Shown here: positions 1-12,753 of the stretch, in pieces
Layout of the letters: each line of letters begins with the position of its first letter
Numbering within the stretch: the stretch's first letter is position 1
From: Eledone cirrhosa
Taxonomy: Eukaryota
NCBI GenBank assembly: GCA_964016885.1
Contig: OZ024742.1
Coordinates: 145,948,001 to 146,012,000, forward strand
Length of the DNA stretch: 64,000 bases
Direction: 5' to 3'
The notes under the pieces: generated by a model
What the model saw: the letters and a program-made list of their open reading frames with translations, nothing else
What the model was told of the DNA's origin: nothing
Databases searched by the model: none
Position numbers and translations under genes: made by a program

Positions 1-1870
1 ACGCAATCTGTGTTTACATGTGGTTACCAGTTCGTCTTTCTTGTTTAGGAGTTGGTCCTTCGAAAACAGTATTTGTAATGTTTCCTCTGAGCATAAGTTA
101 CACAGACGGCGTCCTCCCATGTAAGAGTTAGCTCTGGACAGTAAGCGCCAAGTGAGATTGTAGGTTATATTATTATCTTGGAGGTCCCAGATGTGGCCCG
201 AAAGTGTAGTGGCATGTCGCCGGACCGGGTTTCGGAAAGTATGTCGGTGTTGGTAGAGCTGGGTCTTGAAGTCACACGCGGTTAATCCTATATAAGCTTT
301 GTTGGAGGTGTCCGTCCTCACGTTGCACTGGTAGATCACTTTACATTCTCGGCACTTGTTGAGGGGGCACGTAGATCTATCAGGGCAGTTACACCTCCTG
401 GTCGGCTCTCCACTGATGTCTAGGTTATTTCTTCCATAGCGGTTGAGTTTTTTGTTGTTTGAGGAGACGATGTTTTGTGCGAAGTTAGGTGTGGTGCTGT
501 AGGAGAGTTTGATGGTGTCTTTGTTGATTATGTTGTGGTAGCGGTGTTGTAGTGGGAAGTGTTTTTCGAGGAGTCTAAAGAAGATTTTCCCAATAGGTGT
601 TGCCACCTCGGCATTATGGGGAGGATTGAACCACGTTACGTTGCGTGAGTGGCGGTGTCACCTACTGGTTCTGCTAAGGGAAGCTAGATAAAAGGATAAA
701 AGGGCCTGGTTGTAATGAGGCGCATGTTCGTCGAATATCTGCTCATTAGCGGACAAACGAGATATGCGGAGGGAGATGTTTTTAACCAGGTTATTGGTGA
801 TGTTTCTAGGATGGTTAGAGTGGCGGTGGATGTAGTGCAGGTTATCGTTTGGTTTCCTGTATGGGTAGTACATATCATTTTCGAGGTTACGGGTAACATC
901 CAGGAAATTGACTCGGGTTAGGGACGTTTGTAGGGTGATTTTAAATCCCCAGTCCCGGAAGAAGTTGATTAGTTGTTTACGGACCCGGTCTGTACTACTG
1001 GGGTTGTACCCTTTGAGGGTGAGGAGCCCATCATCCCGGTACAATCCACTGCTGAATGCAGGAAACATTTTGGTGAGTTTAAATAGTAGGAATAATCCTA
1101 TAAGATCTGTGACCTCGGCCGAATCGGTCGCGCCCATACTGACGTCGAAGGGGGAGTCGGGAGCTCTCTTTATCCACTTGGAGTTGTCGAAAAGTAGGAC
1201 TGTCTTCCTGGCGTGGAGAATGATATTTCTTTCCTGGTCAGTGATGGGTGTGAGTGTTTCAGCAAAGTCTAAGGCGGCCATAAGGAGCGGTAAGGTAATA
1301 GATGCATAGTAACTCTCTGTCAAACTGGATGAATTTTGTGTCTCATTTGTCCTCCATATTCCTGAACCATGAGATTACTTCTTGGGTGTTGACCCATAGG
1401 CTAAGTTTCACGTTTTGCTTAACTTTTGGTATAACTCGGTCTAGGATCTTTTTACTGATTCTTCCTATGTCTGACTTCATTGGGTTTATAAGCCTAATAG
1501 ATGGTTTGCGGTCGAAGTCGGATTTGTGGTCCTTCAGTGTGAAGTAGGGAGTCCGTGGGTCTAGGGGTTCAGTGCGGTCGGCGACCCCGAGGCTGGAGGT
1601 AATTTGTTGTCCATCTCGATTTATGTCCTCGATAATTGAATGGTTAGCCTTTTTATAGGTGGAGTTTAGGCTGCTCCTGATCAGTGTGTGGTATCTGTCA
1701 GGGTTGACGAAGTAGAGGTTTCCAGTTTTGTTCGAGTGCACCATGATGTTGTTGGTGTTTTCATACTCTGTTATTTTGCTACGGAGTTGTTGTAGGAATC
1801 TGTTGTGTCTGGGTTTGAATTTAATGCTCTTGACCAGGTGGAAAAGATCGTTCTCGAAGGGTGAGAGCAT
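1..1870 (-). mobile_element. Penelope-like retroelement (RT plus C-terminal GIY-YIG endonuclease), 5'-truncated, disrupted, runs off the window start
   Basis: ORFs 1343..1870 and 658..1323 give PLE RT motifs (TLKDHK..F..KPSIRLINP, FDVSMGA.DSAEV, GLYRDDGL, NFLDV, PYRKPN, YIHRHSNHP). Reading past the TGA at 658-660 continues as HRHSRNVTWFNPP..KHFP..IKLSYS..CNCPDRSTCPL..VIYQC..AYIGLT..H..LSGHIW..CNLCSEE..LLNKKDELVTTCKH, a GIY-YIG domain. Frameshift near 1323-1343. Confidence 0.93.
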
Positions 1871-2574
1871 GAAGGTAATATAGAAAATAAATAGATGTTT
1901 AAATCTGTCTATTTAATATCTCGATTGTGTCAGAGATATCCAACCATACTTATAATTCAAAGTATGTAAAAATCGAAGTGTTTGTTTTGTTTTCTTTTTT
2001 TAAGCGCTACATGGTGGAGTACCAGGTGTTGCTGTCACTAACTTTTATGTCTATTTGTTTTTCCACATTCGTTGTTTTTGTTGTGTCTGTACATATTGTC
2101 AGTATGTATGTGTATGTGTGACTATTATTGGATGCATCTGTCAACTTGTGCTTCCCCACTCTAAATGTATGCACTTATTACCAGTACATTTTTTATTGTG
2201 TAACTGCTGTCATATGTTTGTGTTTGTAAAAGAAATAGTTGTCATAGCAGTAATGGTGGTGAAACCCTTCTCTCCTGATTAATATAATAAATATGTATTC
2301 TTTTCTTATGAGTTTTAGTTGCTGAAATTTGCCAAAAAATATTTGATGCAAAAGAGAATATGTTTAAAAGTACCTAAATCAAAACATTTTTGTGTATAAT
2401 GGGTTGTGGGTTGTTTGAGCTACAATTAAGTTACAGTATTAAATAGATATACACATACACATGTATATACAAACATACAGTTACACACACACACATATAT
2501 ATATACATACATATGTACACACACACACATGTACATATGCCAATACATAGTGTAATCAAGATATTAATTTTCTC

Positions 2575-3401
2575 AATTGTTCAGAATTTTCACTGGAAGT
2601 GGAAGTCGATGTACTGAAAATGTTGTACTGAGATGAGACTGGGGTGAAAGAAGTTCAAGGAGTTGTTACCTGATGCATTGTTTAAACTGCCATGTTGCAT
2701 GGTAGTGAGATGTGGGCTTTGGGTGCAGAAGATTTGTAGCAGCTAAAAAGAAATAAGGAATGTATGCTTGGTTGGATGTGTAATGTTAGTGTGCATAAAG
2801 GAGAGAATACAAGTGAATTGAGAGAAAAACTCAGCATAAAAGGAATTGAACGTAGCTTGCAAGAGAGGCAATTGTGCTAGTATAGACAATACTATGCATA
2901 AGGTCAGTGAGAAGTATATAAAAATGTTCCAATCACTTGAAGTGAATGGAGTGTGCAATCAAAGTTTCACCTGTTTATATTTTATCTGTCCCAGTGTGGT
3001 TAAGCTCAAACAAGTTTCAGTGAAGTACACAGTCTAGGGTCCAACTGCCTACATTTAATCTTTCGTTGTGTGATGAAGCTGAAATTAGTTTCAGTGAAGT
3101 ATGCAGTCTTGAGTTCATCTATTTGTATTTGATCTTTCCCTGTGTGGTGAAGCTCAAACTAGTTTTAGTGAGGTATGCAGTCTAGGGTTCAACTGTCAAT
3201 ATTTGATCTTCCTTCGTCAAGTGAGGCTCAACTACACAGACTAGTGTTCAACTGTCTATATTGGATCTTTCCCTGCGTGAAGAAGTTCATTGTAAATCTA
3301 GATTGAAGGTATGTGAACAAGTCATGAGATGCCATGTCACCTATCCAACCCACCATGTCAACATGGAAAAATAGATGTAAAATGATGATGGTGATGATGA
3401 C
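2575..3401 (+). mobile_element. Degenerate RTE LINE 3' remnant, interrupted by a 74-bp tandem array, ending in a (GAT)n tail
   Basis: 2630-2900 resembles the RTE C-terminus (TG.KKF.ELL..; AMLHGSE.WAL). 3340-3401 (cctatccaaccc..atggaaaaatagatgtaaaatgatgatg) matches the RTE-type tail seen throughout the window. Confidence 0.7.
2960..3290. repeat. Minisatellite, about 74-bp unit, about 4 diverged copies
   Basis: gtgtggtgaagctcaaactagtttcagtgaagtatgcagtctagggttcaactg..atttgatctttccct recurs at about 2995, 3068, 3142 and 3216. Confidence 0.85.
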
Positions 3402-4713
3402 ATTTTAAACAAATTACATAATTCAGTCCATGATAAACAAAATTAAAGGATAACATTTAACAATGGTTTTATTTACATACTCTACTGGTTAATATATCAC
3501 TGTAGCTGTAATATATTATATTGGCTCTTATAAATAGTACAAATGATTTGAGGCTTCAATTTCAATATCAAGAAAATAATACTCAAAATAAAGGTAAATG
3601 TTACATATAAACTTAGCCTTCTACAAGTTTATTTGTAAAGATGCCCCCCTGAACATACCATATACATATATATTAGATGTGTGTCTGTAGAAAGGCCTGT
3701 GCATGCAGCCTGTTAAAAGGTGTGTAACTTGTAATAATAGGGAAGGTGCATTATTAAAGTTGAAGAGACCGTAATGACTGTTGCTGTAAGGTATTGCATC
3801 AGGATATAGTTACATGCAGCATATCTGCATATGAGTGAATTTGCTCAGTGTGGAGAAGAAAGTATATACACTAGTAAAAAGGTTCAGAAGCATTGGTGGA
3901 AACTGTGTCTGGGATAGGGATAGCTGTTGGAGTAAAAAATGATGATGTAGGCACATCTGTTGACATCAGTTTGTCTGGTGTCAAATGGTGCCAACAAAGG
4001 TTAACTAAACAATTTGAGGATCTATGTTTGAGTCACTAGGGTACCATAACTATAACAGCATTCACTACAATATCTATACTCCTTAGATAAGTTTTTCCAA
4101 GATATTTTAAATTGTCTCCCTTGATTTTGTGTAGTTTACTTAAGTATTGTTCAAGAAGGTTTACCTCTCTTATAAACATATATAGTCTTGATTAAATAAA
4201 ATCATCAGGTTCACCATATCAGACTGTAATATTTTTTGTGGTTCAACAACTTGGACTCTGGTAAAATGGATAAGATAATTGAAACTGAAAAGTTTTCAAG
4301 TTCAAGACCAGCCAAAGTGATATACAGAGATAACACCTCTGCCAGAGAATAAATATACCAACCAAAAGAATAGGCGAGGGAGCTTCTATGCATCAATGCA
4401 CTAGTTTGATGTGTTAGAAACTTCAGTCAAATTCTTGTAAAACACTTTCCACTATCTTAAATATATAAAAAAGGGAAACATGTGACAATGTAATCCAAGA
4501 TATTATATTATGATAGATACACCATCGATTTTGACAATGAACATTCTGTCACTGGATTACCCAACCCTCCCATTATGACCATCATATTAATGATTTTATT
4601 CTTTGTCCTCAAGTTTCAACTATTCTCCAGTCCCCAAAAATGAAAATATAAAATATATGCTACCTACTAAACTATATAATCATCCTTAACTAACCCACTA
4701 TGTGATAGATATT

Positions 4714-4969
4714 ATAACACTTTTGTTACCATATTTCTAAAGAAATATACTGCCTATATGCTTCAATTAATTTTGAAAATAATAAAAAATTTAGTGGGAT
4801 TTAATAAAATAAGTAACTTTTTCATTAGTATGCTGGTTTTTGGAACATAACTTAAATATTCATTAAATATAAAATTATAAGGGAAAATTTTAATATTAAT
4901 ATGAACACTTTAAAATGGGTAGTTTTGTATCAGGGCTGGTTTCAGGTGAGTTAGTATCAAAAAGGTTAA
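4714..4969 (+). mobile_element. TTAA-bounded AT-rich MITE (piggyBac-like, non-autonomous), about 250 bp
   Basis: Starts taacacttttgttaccatattt and ends tagtatcaaaaaggttaa. Homologous copies lie at 6463, 19856, 20071, 52600, 53196 and 58305. Confidence 0.65.
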
Positions 4970-5452
4970 TAAAGGATCTACCTAACATTCCATAGTTTTC
5001 TTCTTTTATTGTTTAGTGTCTATCACCCTTTACTGGGTCTTAAAGACTGCTGGAAGGGTGGAAGGAATACATCCTCAAACTAAAGACCTGGTTTGAATGT
5101 TTGTAACAGAATGAACTCTACTAAAAACACTCAAGTATCAGGACATGGTGTTAAACTGGGTAATGGATTAAGTTTACCAATCAAGTAAATAACAGCAGAT
5201 TTGAACTCGGACTCAAAAAGCCAGACCAAATACTGTAGTGTTCTGTCCTACTCTCTAATGGATACTGATGAACAATCTGGAAGATCTGGTATTAAAAAGA
5301 CAAAATAACAGTAGAGAAGGCTGTGTAAGGAGATAACATGTCTATGGGTTTGAAAGTTGGATTGTGTTGGTGATTGACTTCATGCCAATCAATCCTGTGG
5401 CTATGTTATAGGATATCTGTATATGTAGTAACAGCACCATTATTATAACATG

Positions 5453-5663
5453 TGGATTGGCAGAATAATTAGTTTTGGACAAAATACTTTACAGTATTTG
5501 TCCTGGATCTTGACAATCTGAATTCAAACTATGCCATGGTCAACTTTGCCTTTCATTTTTCCAGAGGACAATAAATAAAGTACCAATCAAGTACTGGCGT
5601 CAATATAATCAACAGTTTCCCTCCTCCCAAATTGTCTGATCGTGTGCTTATATTAGAAACAAT
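5453..5663 (+). mobile_element. tRNA-derived SINE (Meta-domain-like family), diverged
   Basis: Head tggattggcag, B-box-like gaattcaaac, centre ctttgcctttcatt..ataaataaagtacca, tail gtgcttatattagaaac. Confidence 0.7.
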
Positions 5664-6462
5664 TACTGTTATAGGTGGGGATCTAGCTTTGAATGTTGTA
5701 AGAGCTGACTAAGAGGGTTGATACAAGAAAAGTAATTTGGTTATAAAATATTGCAGCCACCAAAACCTGATGAGTTTAAATCCTGTTATAGGGCCCACAT
5801 GGCTAGCCCCGGCTGTAACAAGGAAAATGGCCTTCAAACACTTGTGTGTTGTGTTGAACAAAGCAAGTTATGAAGTTTGAAACAAGAGAAACAGCTTGTG
5901 TATGAGTTAATTCTTTTGCAGTGTAAGTTTGTGTTAGCTGTGTTCTAAGAGGTATGTATGTGTAGTAGCATCACCTAGAGATTAGTGTGTTAACTCTTTT
6001 GGAGTATAGGTATCTGTTGGTGGTTTTCTCATCCAAACTGAATATAATTTATTCCCAGTAAAAACAAATAACTGAGTAAATTTACCAGAAACGATGTAGC
6101 TGTGTTAGCTTTAACCTTGCATAGTTTCAAAGGAAATATGATGAGGTAGCAAGATTTCACAGAAGTACTGAGTGTACGATTTAAGAGTAAACATATCTTT
6201 TAGAAATTAGTAATTATATATAAGAAATTGAGAAGCAGATTTAGTCATGGATGATGAGAGAAAAACATGGTGAAATGTTGTGTAAGCTAGCTCAGTGGAA
6301 TTAATATTGGATAAGAAAGCAACAGGATGAAAAATATTCACATAAAGTCCTTTATCGTGAACATTCTTACCTATTTTTACATAACTGTTTACTTAAATAA
6401 TTTCTATGTTATTTCAAGTTAAAAATCTCTGTAATCTAGTATCTTTGAAGCTGTCCACTTCC

Positions 6463-6695
6463 ATAACCCTTTCATTGCCATATTTCTAATGTAAATCATT
6501 AACTATAACTTTCAAATTATTTTGAAAATAATCAAGCTAACCTCATTATTTAGTTGGTAATTGGAACATAATGTCATGGTTATTACATAAAATTATGATG
6601 AAAGGTTTGTAGATAAATATAAATACTTTAAAATATCTAGCTAAGTATCATAATACTAGGGTTCGTTTCAGGTTGTTTAGTATCAAAGAGGTTAA
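6463..6695 (+). mobile_element. TTAA-bounded MITE copy
   Basis: ataaccctttcattgccatattt ... tagtatcaaagaggttaa; same family as 4714. Confidence 0.65.
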
Positions 6696-7039
6696 ATATG
6701 AATTACATAATTCACATACTGTGTCTACTGAAGCATGTATTACTGTTATATTATACTCTTGGCTAAATGATAGTCAACTATATTTATAGAGAAGATATAT
6801 GAAATAGAAAGAATTATTGATGTGTGACATGAATAAGTGGTATCTGTTGTATGATATATTAGTCTACCATCAGTGTGTGTGTATATATCACTTTCACGTC
6901 CACCTCTTCATGATAGTAAGAGTTGGATGAGATGATTTGAAGCAATGTTTTACAGCTGGATGCCCTCCTTGATGCCAACACTTTTAGTCACCTCATATGA
7001 CATGCAGAGATACAGTATTTTATGGTCATTTATCCTGCT

Positions 7040-7335
7040 AAAGCAAGGGTTAACCATGTGAGGCTCCATGAAGAGCTTCTCCTTTTTGTTTTACCATCTG
7101 CATTCTCTTTAATAAACACCATACCTTTCATTTCCTCCTTTAACAATTCCTTTTTGAACTTCCCCTCCTTCTACTTCCATCCACATTTATTTCCGTCACT
7201 CTTCTCCCCTAGTCACTTTCTTCCTTCTTCAATACATAACCCAACCATCTTATTCCATTTTGCTTCACAACATTCATTACTGGCTCTATTCCCAACATTC
7301 TCCATAACTCATTGTTTGTCGTCCTCTCTCTGAAT
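7040..7335 (-). mobile_element. Old LINE (RTE-like) 3' fragment carrying one copy of the unit that is tandemly amplified at 9310-9770
   Basis: Aligns by eye with 9146-9400 (aagcaaggtt..; catccacatt.atttcc.tcact; acataacccaaccatct). Confidence 0.55.
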
Positions 7336-7419
7336 GATACACTGCTCATCTACCAAACCATTCTCATTTCCATTCTTTCCAGTTTTCTCTGCTGCTCCAT
7401 GTTCATTGTCAGGTTTTGT

Positions 7420-7735
7420 TACCTAGGTGACCTAATCAGTAGTTGAGAAGGATGCTTTGAATGTGAGCTAGTCACAGTAAAAACAAGCTGGAAGGAGTTT
7501 TTAGAACTAATACCTCTTCTGACAACAAAGGGTTTCCCTCTTACAGTGAAGAGTAAACTATATGATGCTTGGGTTCAAACTGCAAGGCTACATGGCAGTG
7601 AGACATGAGCCTTGACCTCAGGAGGTCAGAAAGGCTAGAAAAAAATGAAGCAAGTATGGCCTGACATGGGCCTTGACTGCAGAAGACCTACAAAGGCTAA
7701 ACAAAAAAAAAATGAAGCAAGTATGCACTGATGTC
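7420..7735 (+). mobile_element. Degenerate RTE LINE fragment
   Basis: YLGDLISS..; WKEFLELIPLLTTKGFPL.VKSKLYDA; ARLHGSET.ALT, with a short internal duplication at 7605-7700. Confidence 0.75.
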
Positions 7736-7854
7736 TCCCTCTCACAAATCAAGAACCCTATGAGAAGTGTAATAATATGAGAGCAGAAGATGGAGCAGAT
7801 ATTCCATGTAGTTTCTTGTTCATAACTGAAGTAATGTAGACTGTATGATATAAT

Positions 7855-8040
7855 TGTTTCTACTTTAGGCACAAGGCCAGCAATTACCCAGTGCATTACT
7901 GGTACTTTATTTTATCGACCCCGTAAGGATGAAAGGCAAAGTCAACCTCGGCGGGATTTGAACTCAGATCGTAAAGGGACGTAACTATGCTGGAAAGCAT
8001 GGCGTCCGACCCTCTACCGATACTGCCAATCCACCACCCT
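7855..8040 (-). mobile_element. Full-length tRNA-derived SINE (Meta-domain-like) with a 16-bp target-site duplication
   Basis: Minus strand: A-box tggcagtatcggta, B-box gagttcaaatccc, centre gcctttcatccttacggggtcgataaaataaagtaccag, tail ggccttgtgcctaaagtagaaac. Flanked by identical gactgtatgatataat at 7839-7854 and 8041-8056. Confidence 0.88.
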
Positions 8041-9145
8041 GACTGTATGATATAATGTGCTTTAAAGATTGCACTAGATAGTAGGTGGCTTAAGGAAGTA
8101 AAGAGAAAAGGTATGAAGTGTTTAAAAAAAAAAAATGATTTATGAAATGTGCACAGTGAATCTAAGGATAAAGTTCCTTACTTTGAATGAGAATGATTGA
8201 TGCTGCTAACAGGGAGAATTAGATAACAGAATGGTAGTAGTTATAATGGTGGGTGTATAATAATATATTTGGGATGTTAACTTATATCAACACGAGCAGC
8301 AAATTATAATCTTGTTGATGGAAATCATCCAAATATTTTTATTTAAAAACAGACAAGGCCACCAAGTTTGTATATATAAATTAGAGAAACAGTCTACTAA
8401 CTTGTGTTTTCTAGTTGTTACTATTGTGGTTGCTATTTAGCCCCAGGTCAATTCTGATCCAGCAGGCCTATGGTCAGAGTTATTAAATCCTGTCTTTTTA
8501 GAATTGCCTATGACTACATTATCTAATACGTGCACTTCCCTTTTTTAAGATCGTGTGTGATTTGAGGGAGATTTGATTAGTATTTCTAGCAGGTCATGTG
8601 ACTATGTACTGACTCCATTTATCTAGTTTGGTATGTAATGTTCTGAGTTCAAATCTTGCAGGAATTGACTTTAACATTAATCTCTCCTCAGTAGATAACA
8701 TAACTATCAGAAAGATACTGGGATAAATGTAATTCTCCCTTCCCCCTCCTCTTTTTTTTTTACTTTGTCTCTCTCGTAAAAACAGTTTTGTACCCAGAAA
8801 AGAACCAAGAATTTATGAAAGTAGAAATATTCTTTGCATTGCTTAACTCACAGTCATCTTAGCAGGATACAACAGTTATTGTTGTACGTATGTTTCATGC
8901 GAAACAGTCTATTTTAGAGAGCTTTATGAGAGAATGAAGAAAAAATGTCAGTTATTTTTTGGTTAAATCAGGATTATTATGGAAATATTTACAATTTTGT
9001 ATTTTTCCTTTGTAGAATGGTCAGTCAGCCAGCATACATATCTAACTCCATTACCCAAGCAGCAACAGAGTATAATATATAAGTAATACATGCTTCAGTA
9101 GCCACAGTAAGTGACAGCCTGCATTTAAGACCATTTCACCTTTTA

Positions 9146-9770
9146 AAGCAAGGTTTAGCATTGCAGGCCATACAAAAAGCTACTCCATTTTGTCCTACTG
9201 TCTGCATCGCCTCTCACAAAACCCTTGGATTTCATTTCCTCTTCCATCATCTTTAGCTATGTCTTGGTCTACCCCTTCCTTTACTTCCTTCCACATTCAT
9301 TTCCATCACTTCTCTCACCTAGCCACTTTCATCTTTATTTTAACACAATCAACCATCGCATTTGATTTATCTTTGCAACACTCATCACTAGCCCTATTCC
9401 TCTCACTTAACTATTTTCATCCATCTGTAACACATGACCCAACCATTACATTTAATTTCTTTTTGCAGCGTTCATCACTGGGCCTATTACTATTACCCAG
9501 TCATTTTCATCCTTTCTCAACACATGACCCAACCATCTCATTCCTTTTCTCTTCACAACATTAATCACCAGCTCTGTTCCTCTCACCCAGTCATCATCAA
9601 CCTTCCTCAACACATGACACAACCATCTCATTTCATTCTCTTTACAACATTTATCACTAACTATATTCCTCTCACACACTCACTTTCATCCTTCCTTAAT
9701 ACATGACCCAACCATTTCATTTCATTTCTCTTCCCAACATTCATAAATGGCTCTATTCCCATTCTCCATT
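9146..9770 (-). repeat. LINE 3' remnant with five tandem copies of a 90-bp coding-derived unit (RWLGHVLRK...DWV)
   Basis: cacatgacccaaccat at 9431, 9521, 9611, 9700 and a diverged copy near 9343. ORF 9452..9679 repeats MRWLxHVLRK..DWV, and the adjacent minus-strand sequence reads VREVMEMNVEGSKGRGRPR. Confidence 0.8.
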
Positions 9771-10419
9771 ATCCCAGCATAGTATTAAATTATGTAGAGA
9801 AAGTATCCTATTTCATGTTGCGATTTTGATTGATTGACCTAATAGTATAGGGAATTCGTCAATGGCTCAGTAAACTAGAAATCTATTTATCAATGTCCAG
9901 TTTGCTGCTTTGCAATCATATCACACAGTATCTTTTTTATCTCAGGAGGTAGAAGTAAGCTTTGATTATTATTATTATTATCATTATCATTATTATTTGT
10001 TGAGTGAACAGCATCCATATCCCTTTTAAGGGTCTCCCTTGTAGGATTTGGCTAAATGAGATTCTAAAATTACATAGCACTAATGCTGAAAGGGCTCCAT
10101 TAAGGATACTAATGTAACATGTTGAAACAACCAGCTTTTTCCTTTCAAATTTGTCAGAGAAGCCATTATGAAGAAATCTATTAGTTGGTTGATATTTCTC
10201 ATATCTTACAGCAGAAAAAAAAAATGTTTTATTTTATGAAACCTAAATGCAGCTAATTGAAAAACTGGTGGAAATTAATGAACATGATTCTTTTACTTGT
10301 TTTATACTGGCCATACTGGGGCACTGCTTTAAAATTGATCATATCAACCCTGGTACTATTTTTTTCAAGTTTGATACTTATTTTATCGATTTCTTACAGA
10401 ACATAAAAAAACACACACA

Positions 10420-10585
10420 CATCAACAGGCTTCTGTAGTTTCCATTTACCAAACATTATTTCTAAAGCATTGATCATCCTGAGGTTATAGTAGAAGACAC
10501 TTGCCCAAGTTGCCAAACAGTGCAACTTAACTCAAAACTAAGTGGTTGTGCAATTAATGCTTTTATCACACATACTTGCACCTAG
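10420..10585 (-). mobile_element. Diverged CORE-like SINE fragment
   Basis: gaagacacttgcccaag (reverse complement cttgggcaagtgtcttc). Related fragments at about 13895-14000 and 58930-59075. Confidence 0.55.
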
Positions 10586-10815
10586 GATACAGTATTGCAT
10601 ATGTTGATGGTGCCAATAAAATAGAAAATAACTGGGTGATAGTAAAAACAGATGACTTGGTTCTCATTATAGAATTAATAAGAAACTGGAAAATCATCAT
10701 CATTTTCCATGATTAAAAGATAAACATGATCAAACTAATGTATTTGTTAGATGTAGGAGCTTACAAAACACCAAGATAGTAGGAGAAAAGTAAGAACTAA
10801 ATTCTACATAGGCTA

Positions 10816-11080
10816 TCATCATCACCGTTTAATGTTCATGTTCCCCTATTAGCATGTGTTAGACGAGTAGTCCCATTGTGAAATAAGCCAGATCAGATGA
10901 TCTGATTTTGGCTTGGTTTTTATGGCTGTATGCCCTTCCTAATGCCAACCACTTTTCCAGTGTCTACTGGGTGCTTTTTATCATGGCTCTAAAACGACCA
11001 TTTTACTGTGTGAACTGGGCGCTTTTTGTCATGTCACCAACACGACCACTTTATAGTGTGGACTGGGTGCTTTTTGTCGT
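10816..11080 (-). mobile_element. RTE-tail/SINE 3' fragment
   Basis: (CAT)n tail followed by ggctgtatgcccttcctaatgccaacc and repeated gtgtggactgggtgctttt subunits. Similar pieces at about 17155-17310 and 41180-41450. Confidence 0.65.
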
Positions 11081-11204
11081 AAAGGTAAAAAGTAAATTTT
11101 TTGTAGGCTATAGAGTAAATTTATATACAAGAGATCTGGTTAAAGTCAATTGACTTCTTTCCTAAAATAGCATATCTAACTGGTAGCTCACTTTACTGAA
11201 GTAT

Positions 11205-11375
11205 CAGGTGATGCTTGTGAGGGTGCTTGACTATCCCAGCTTTTTAGCCTCGCTATTACCCCATTCTACTGAACTATCAGGTGATTTTCTCAATAATGCT
11301 TGGCTATTCCAGTATCTTAGCCTTACTATCACCAGTGGTAATGCTGTGAGTGTCTTGGCTTGCCTCACAAATTTT
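11205..11375 (+). mobile_element. CRE-like (REL endonuclease) non-LTR 3' fragment
   Basis: Encodes AWLFQYLSLTITSGNAVSVLAC, resembling the FQRLS.A.QRGNA C-terminal motif of CRE-type elements. Homologous to 61680-61910 and 63680-63850. Confidence 0.6.
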
Positions 11376-11890
11376 AAGAGGGAAAGATCATATCTCCCTG
11401 TAGAAGTGTGTAATAGGAGTCACATGCCTTCTTTTGTACCCTCTACTACACATTGTTACATTATCAACCACTTTACAGAGTGTACTGGGTGTATTTTATT
11501 GTGGCACCAGCACAAGAGAGGCTGTCATGTATATCAATTATTAATTCATAGTTTAGTGATTTATTTGATTCAATAAACTAATTAAAATGAATTTGAAGTA
11601 TGCACCTGATAATGATCCAACTTGAAATAAAAATACAAAACAACAATGATGTACATTCAGAAATTATGAGGTAATTAACTGGAAGTTTTTTTGACAACTG
11701 TTACTCTGGATATGATATATACAGTCATGAGAAAAACCAAGAAAAATCAAAAGTGGGCCATCACAAAAAGAAACTGCTGATCACTGTCCTAGATTATCGA
11801 TTAAATTTAGATCAATTATCATTGAAAATCTTTACTTCACTTTCTCAAACAAGACAACTCAGGCATTGATTTCTAATAGAGAAAACATGA

Positions 11891-11925
<35 letters not shown>

Positions 11926-12150
11926 GTATATAACAGTCAGGAAAATGGCTGTTAGATAAGGAAGATAGTGTTTATAATATATGTGAAATGATAGCTGACG
12001 TTTTAGGGGATTATCACTGTAATGCATATTATATAACAGAAATATCAAGTTATAGGTATATAGTGTTTTCTACAAAGATATGTTAAATGATAGATGTATG
12101 TATGTTATAACCATAAACATATAGTGCTTTTTATAAATATCTGTTAGAAA

Positions 12151-12370
12151 TTGGTTTCTGATTTAGGCACAAGGCCAGCAATTTGAAGGGGAGGGGAAAG
12201 TTGATTAAATTGACTCCAGTGCATTACTGGTGCTTTATTTTATCAACCCCATAAGGATGAAAGGCAAAGCTAACCCTGGCAGGATTTGAACCAAGAGCGT
12301 AAAGGGCCGTAACTCTATTCCACGAAGCATGTTGTCCGATGCTCTACCGATTCTGCTAATCCACCACCCT
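12151..12370 (-). mobile_element. tRNA-derived Meta-like SINE
   Basis: Same head, centre and tail as 7855-8040. Confidence 0.85.
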
Positions 12371-12576
12371 CTATATAACCATAAAAATATAGAACTGTGG
12401 GTACATTGTATTTTGTATAAATGGATATGATATAACCACAAAAATTTAGAGCTGTAAGTACGCAGTATTTTCTACAGATATTCTTATTCTTCTACACATC
12501 CATTACTGATGCCATGTTGAAGTTCCCTTGCTTCCAACCCAGTGTCAAAAGTATGACTATCGATATATGTTAAATA

Positions 12577-12753
12577 ATTGTTTCTACTTTTAGCACAAGG
12601 CCAGCAATTACCAGTGTATTACTGGTACTTTATTTTATCGACCCCGTAAGGATGAAAGGCAAAGTTAACCTCGGCGGGATTTGAACTCAGATCATAAAGG
12701 GAGGTAACTCTATGCTTCAAAGCATGGCGCCCGACCCTCTACCGATACTGCCA
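12577..12753 (-). mobile_element. tRNA-derived Meta-like SINE
   Basis: Nearly identical to 7855-8040. Confidence 0.85.

Noticed and set aside
658-660. In-frame TGA between PLE RT and endonuclease as selenocysteine or programmed readthrough
   Set aside because: The copy is also frameshifted. The TGA lies in an Arg-rich linker (likely CGA>TGA) rather than at a Cys position, and selenoprotein PLEs are reported for the N-terminal-EN Naiad type.
2960-3290. CRISPR-like appearance of this and other arrays (9310-9770, 22898-23523, 51011-51204)
   Set aside because: The units are diverged tandem repeats without unique spacers, there are no cas genes, and the context is eukaryotic.
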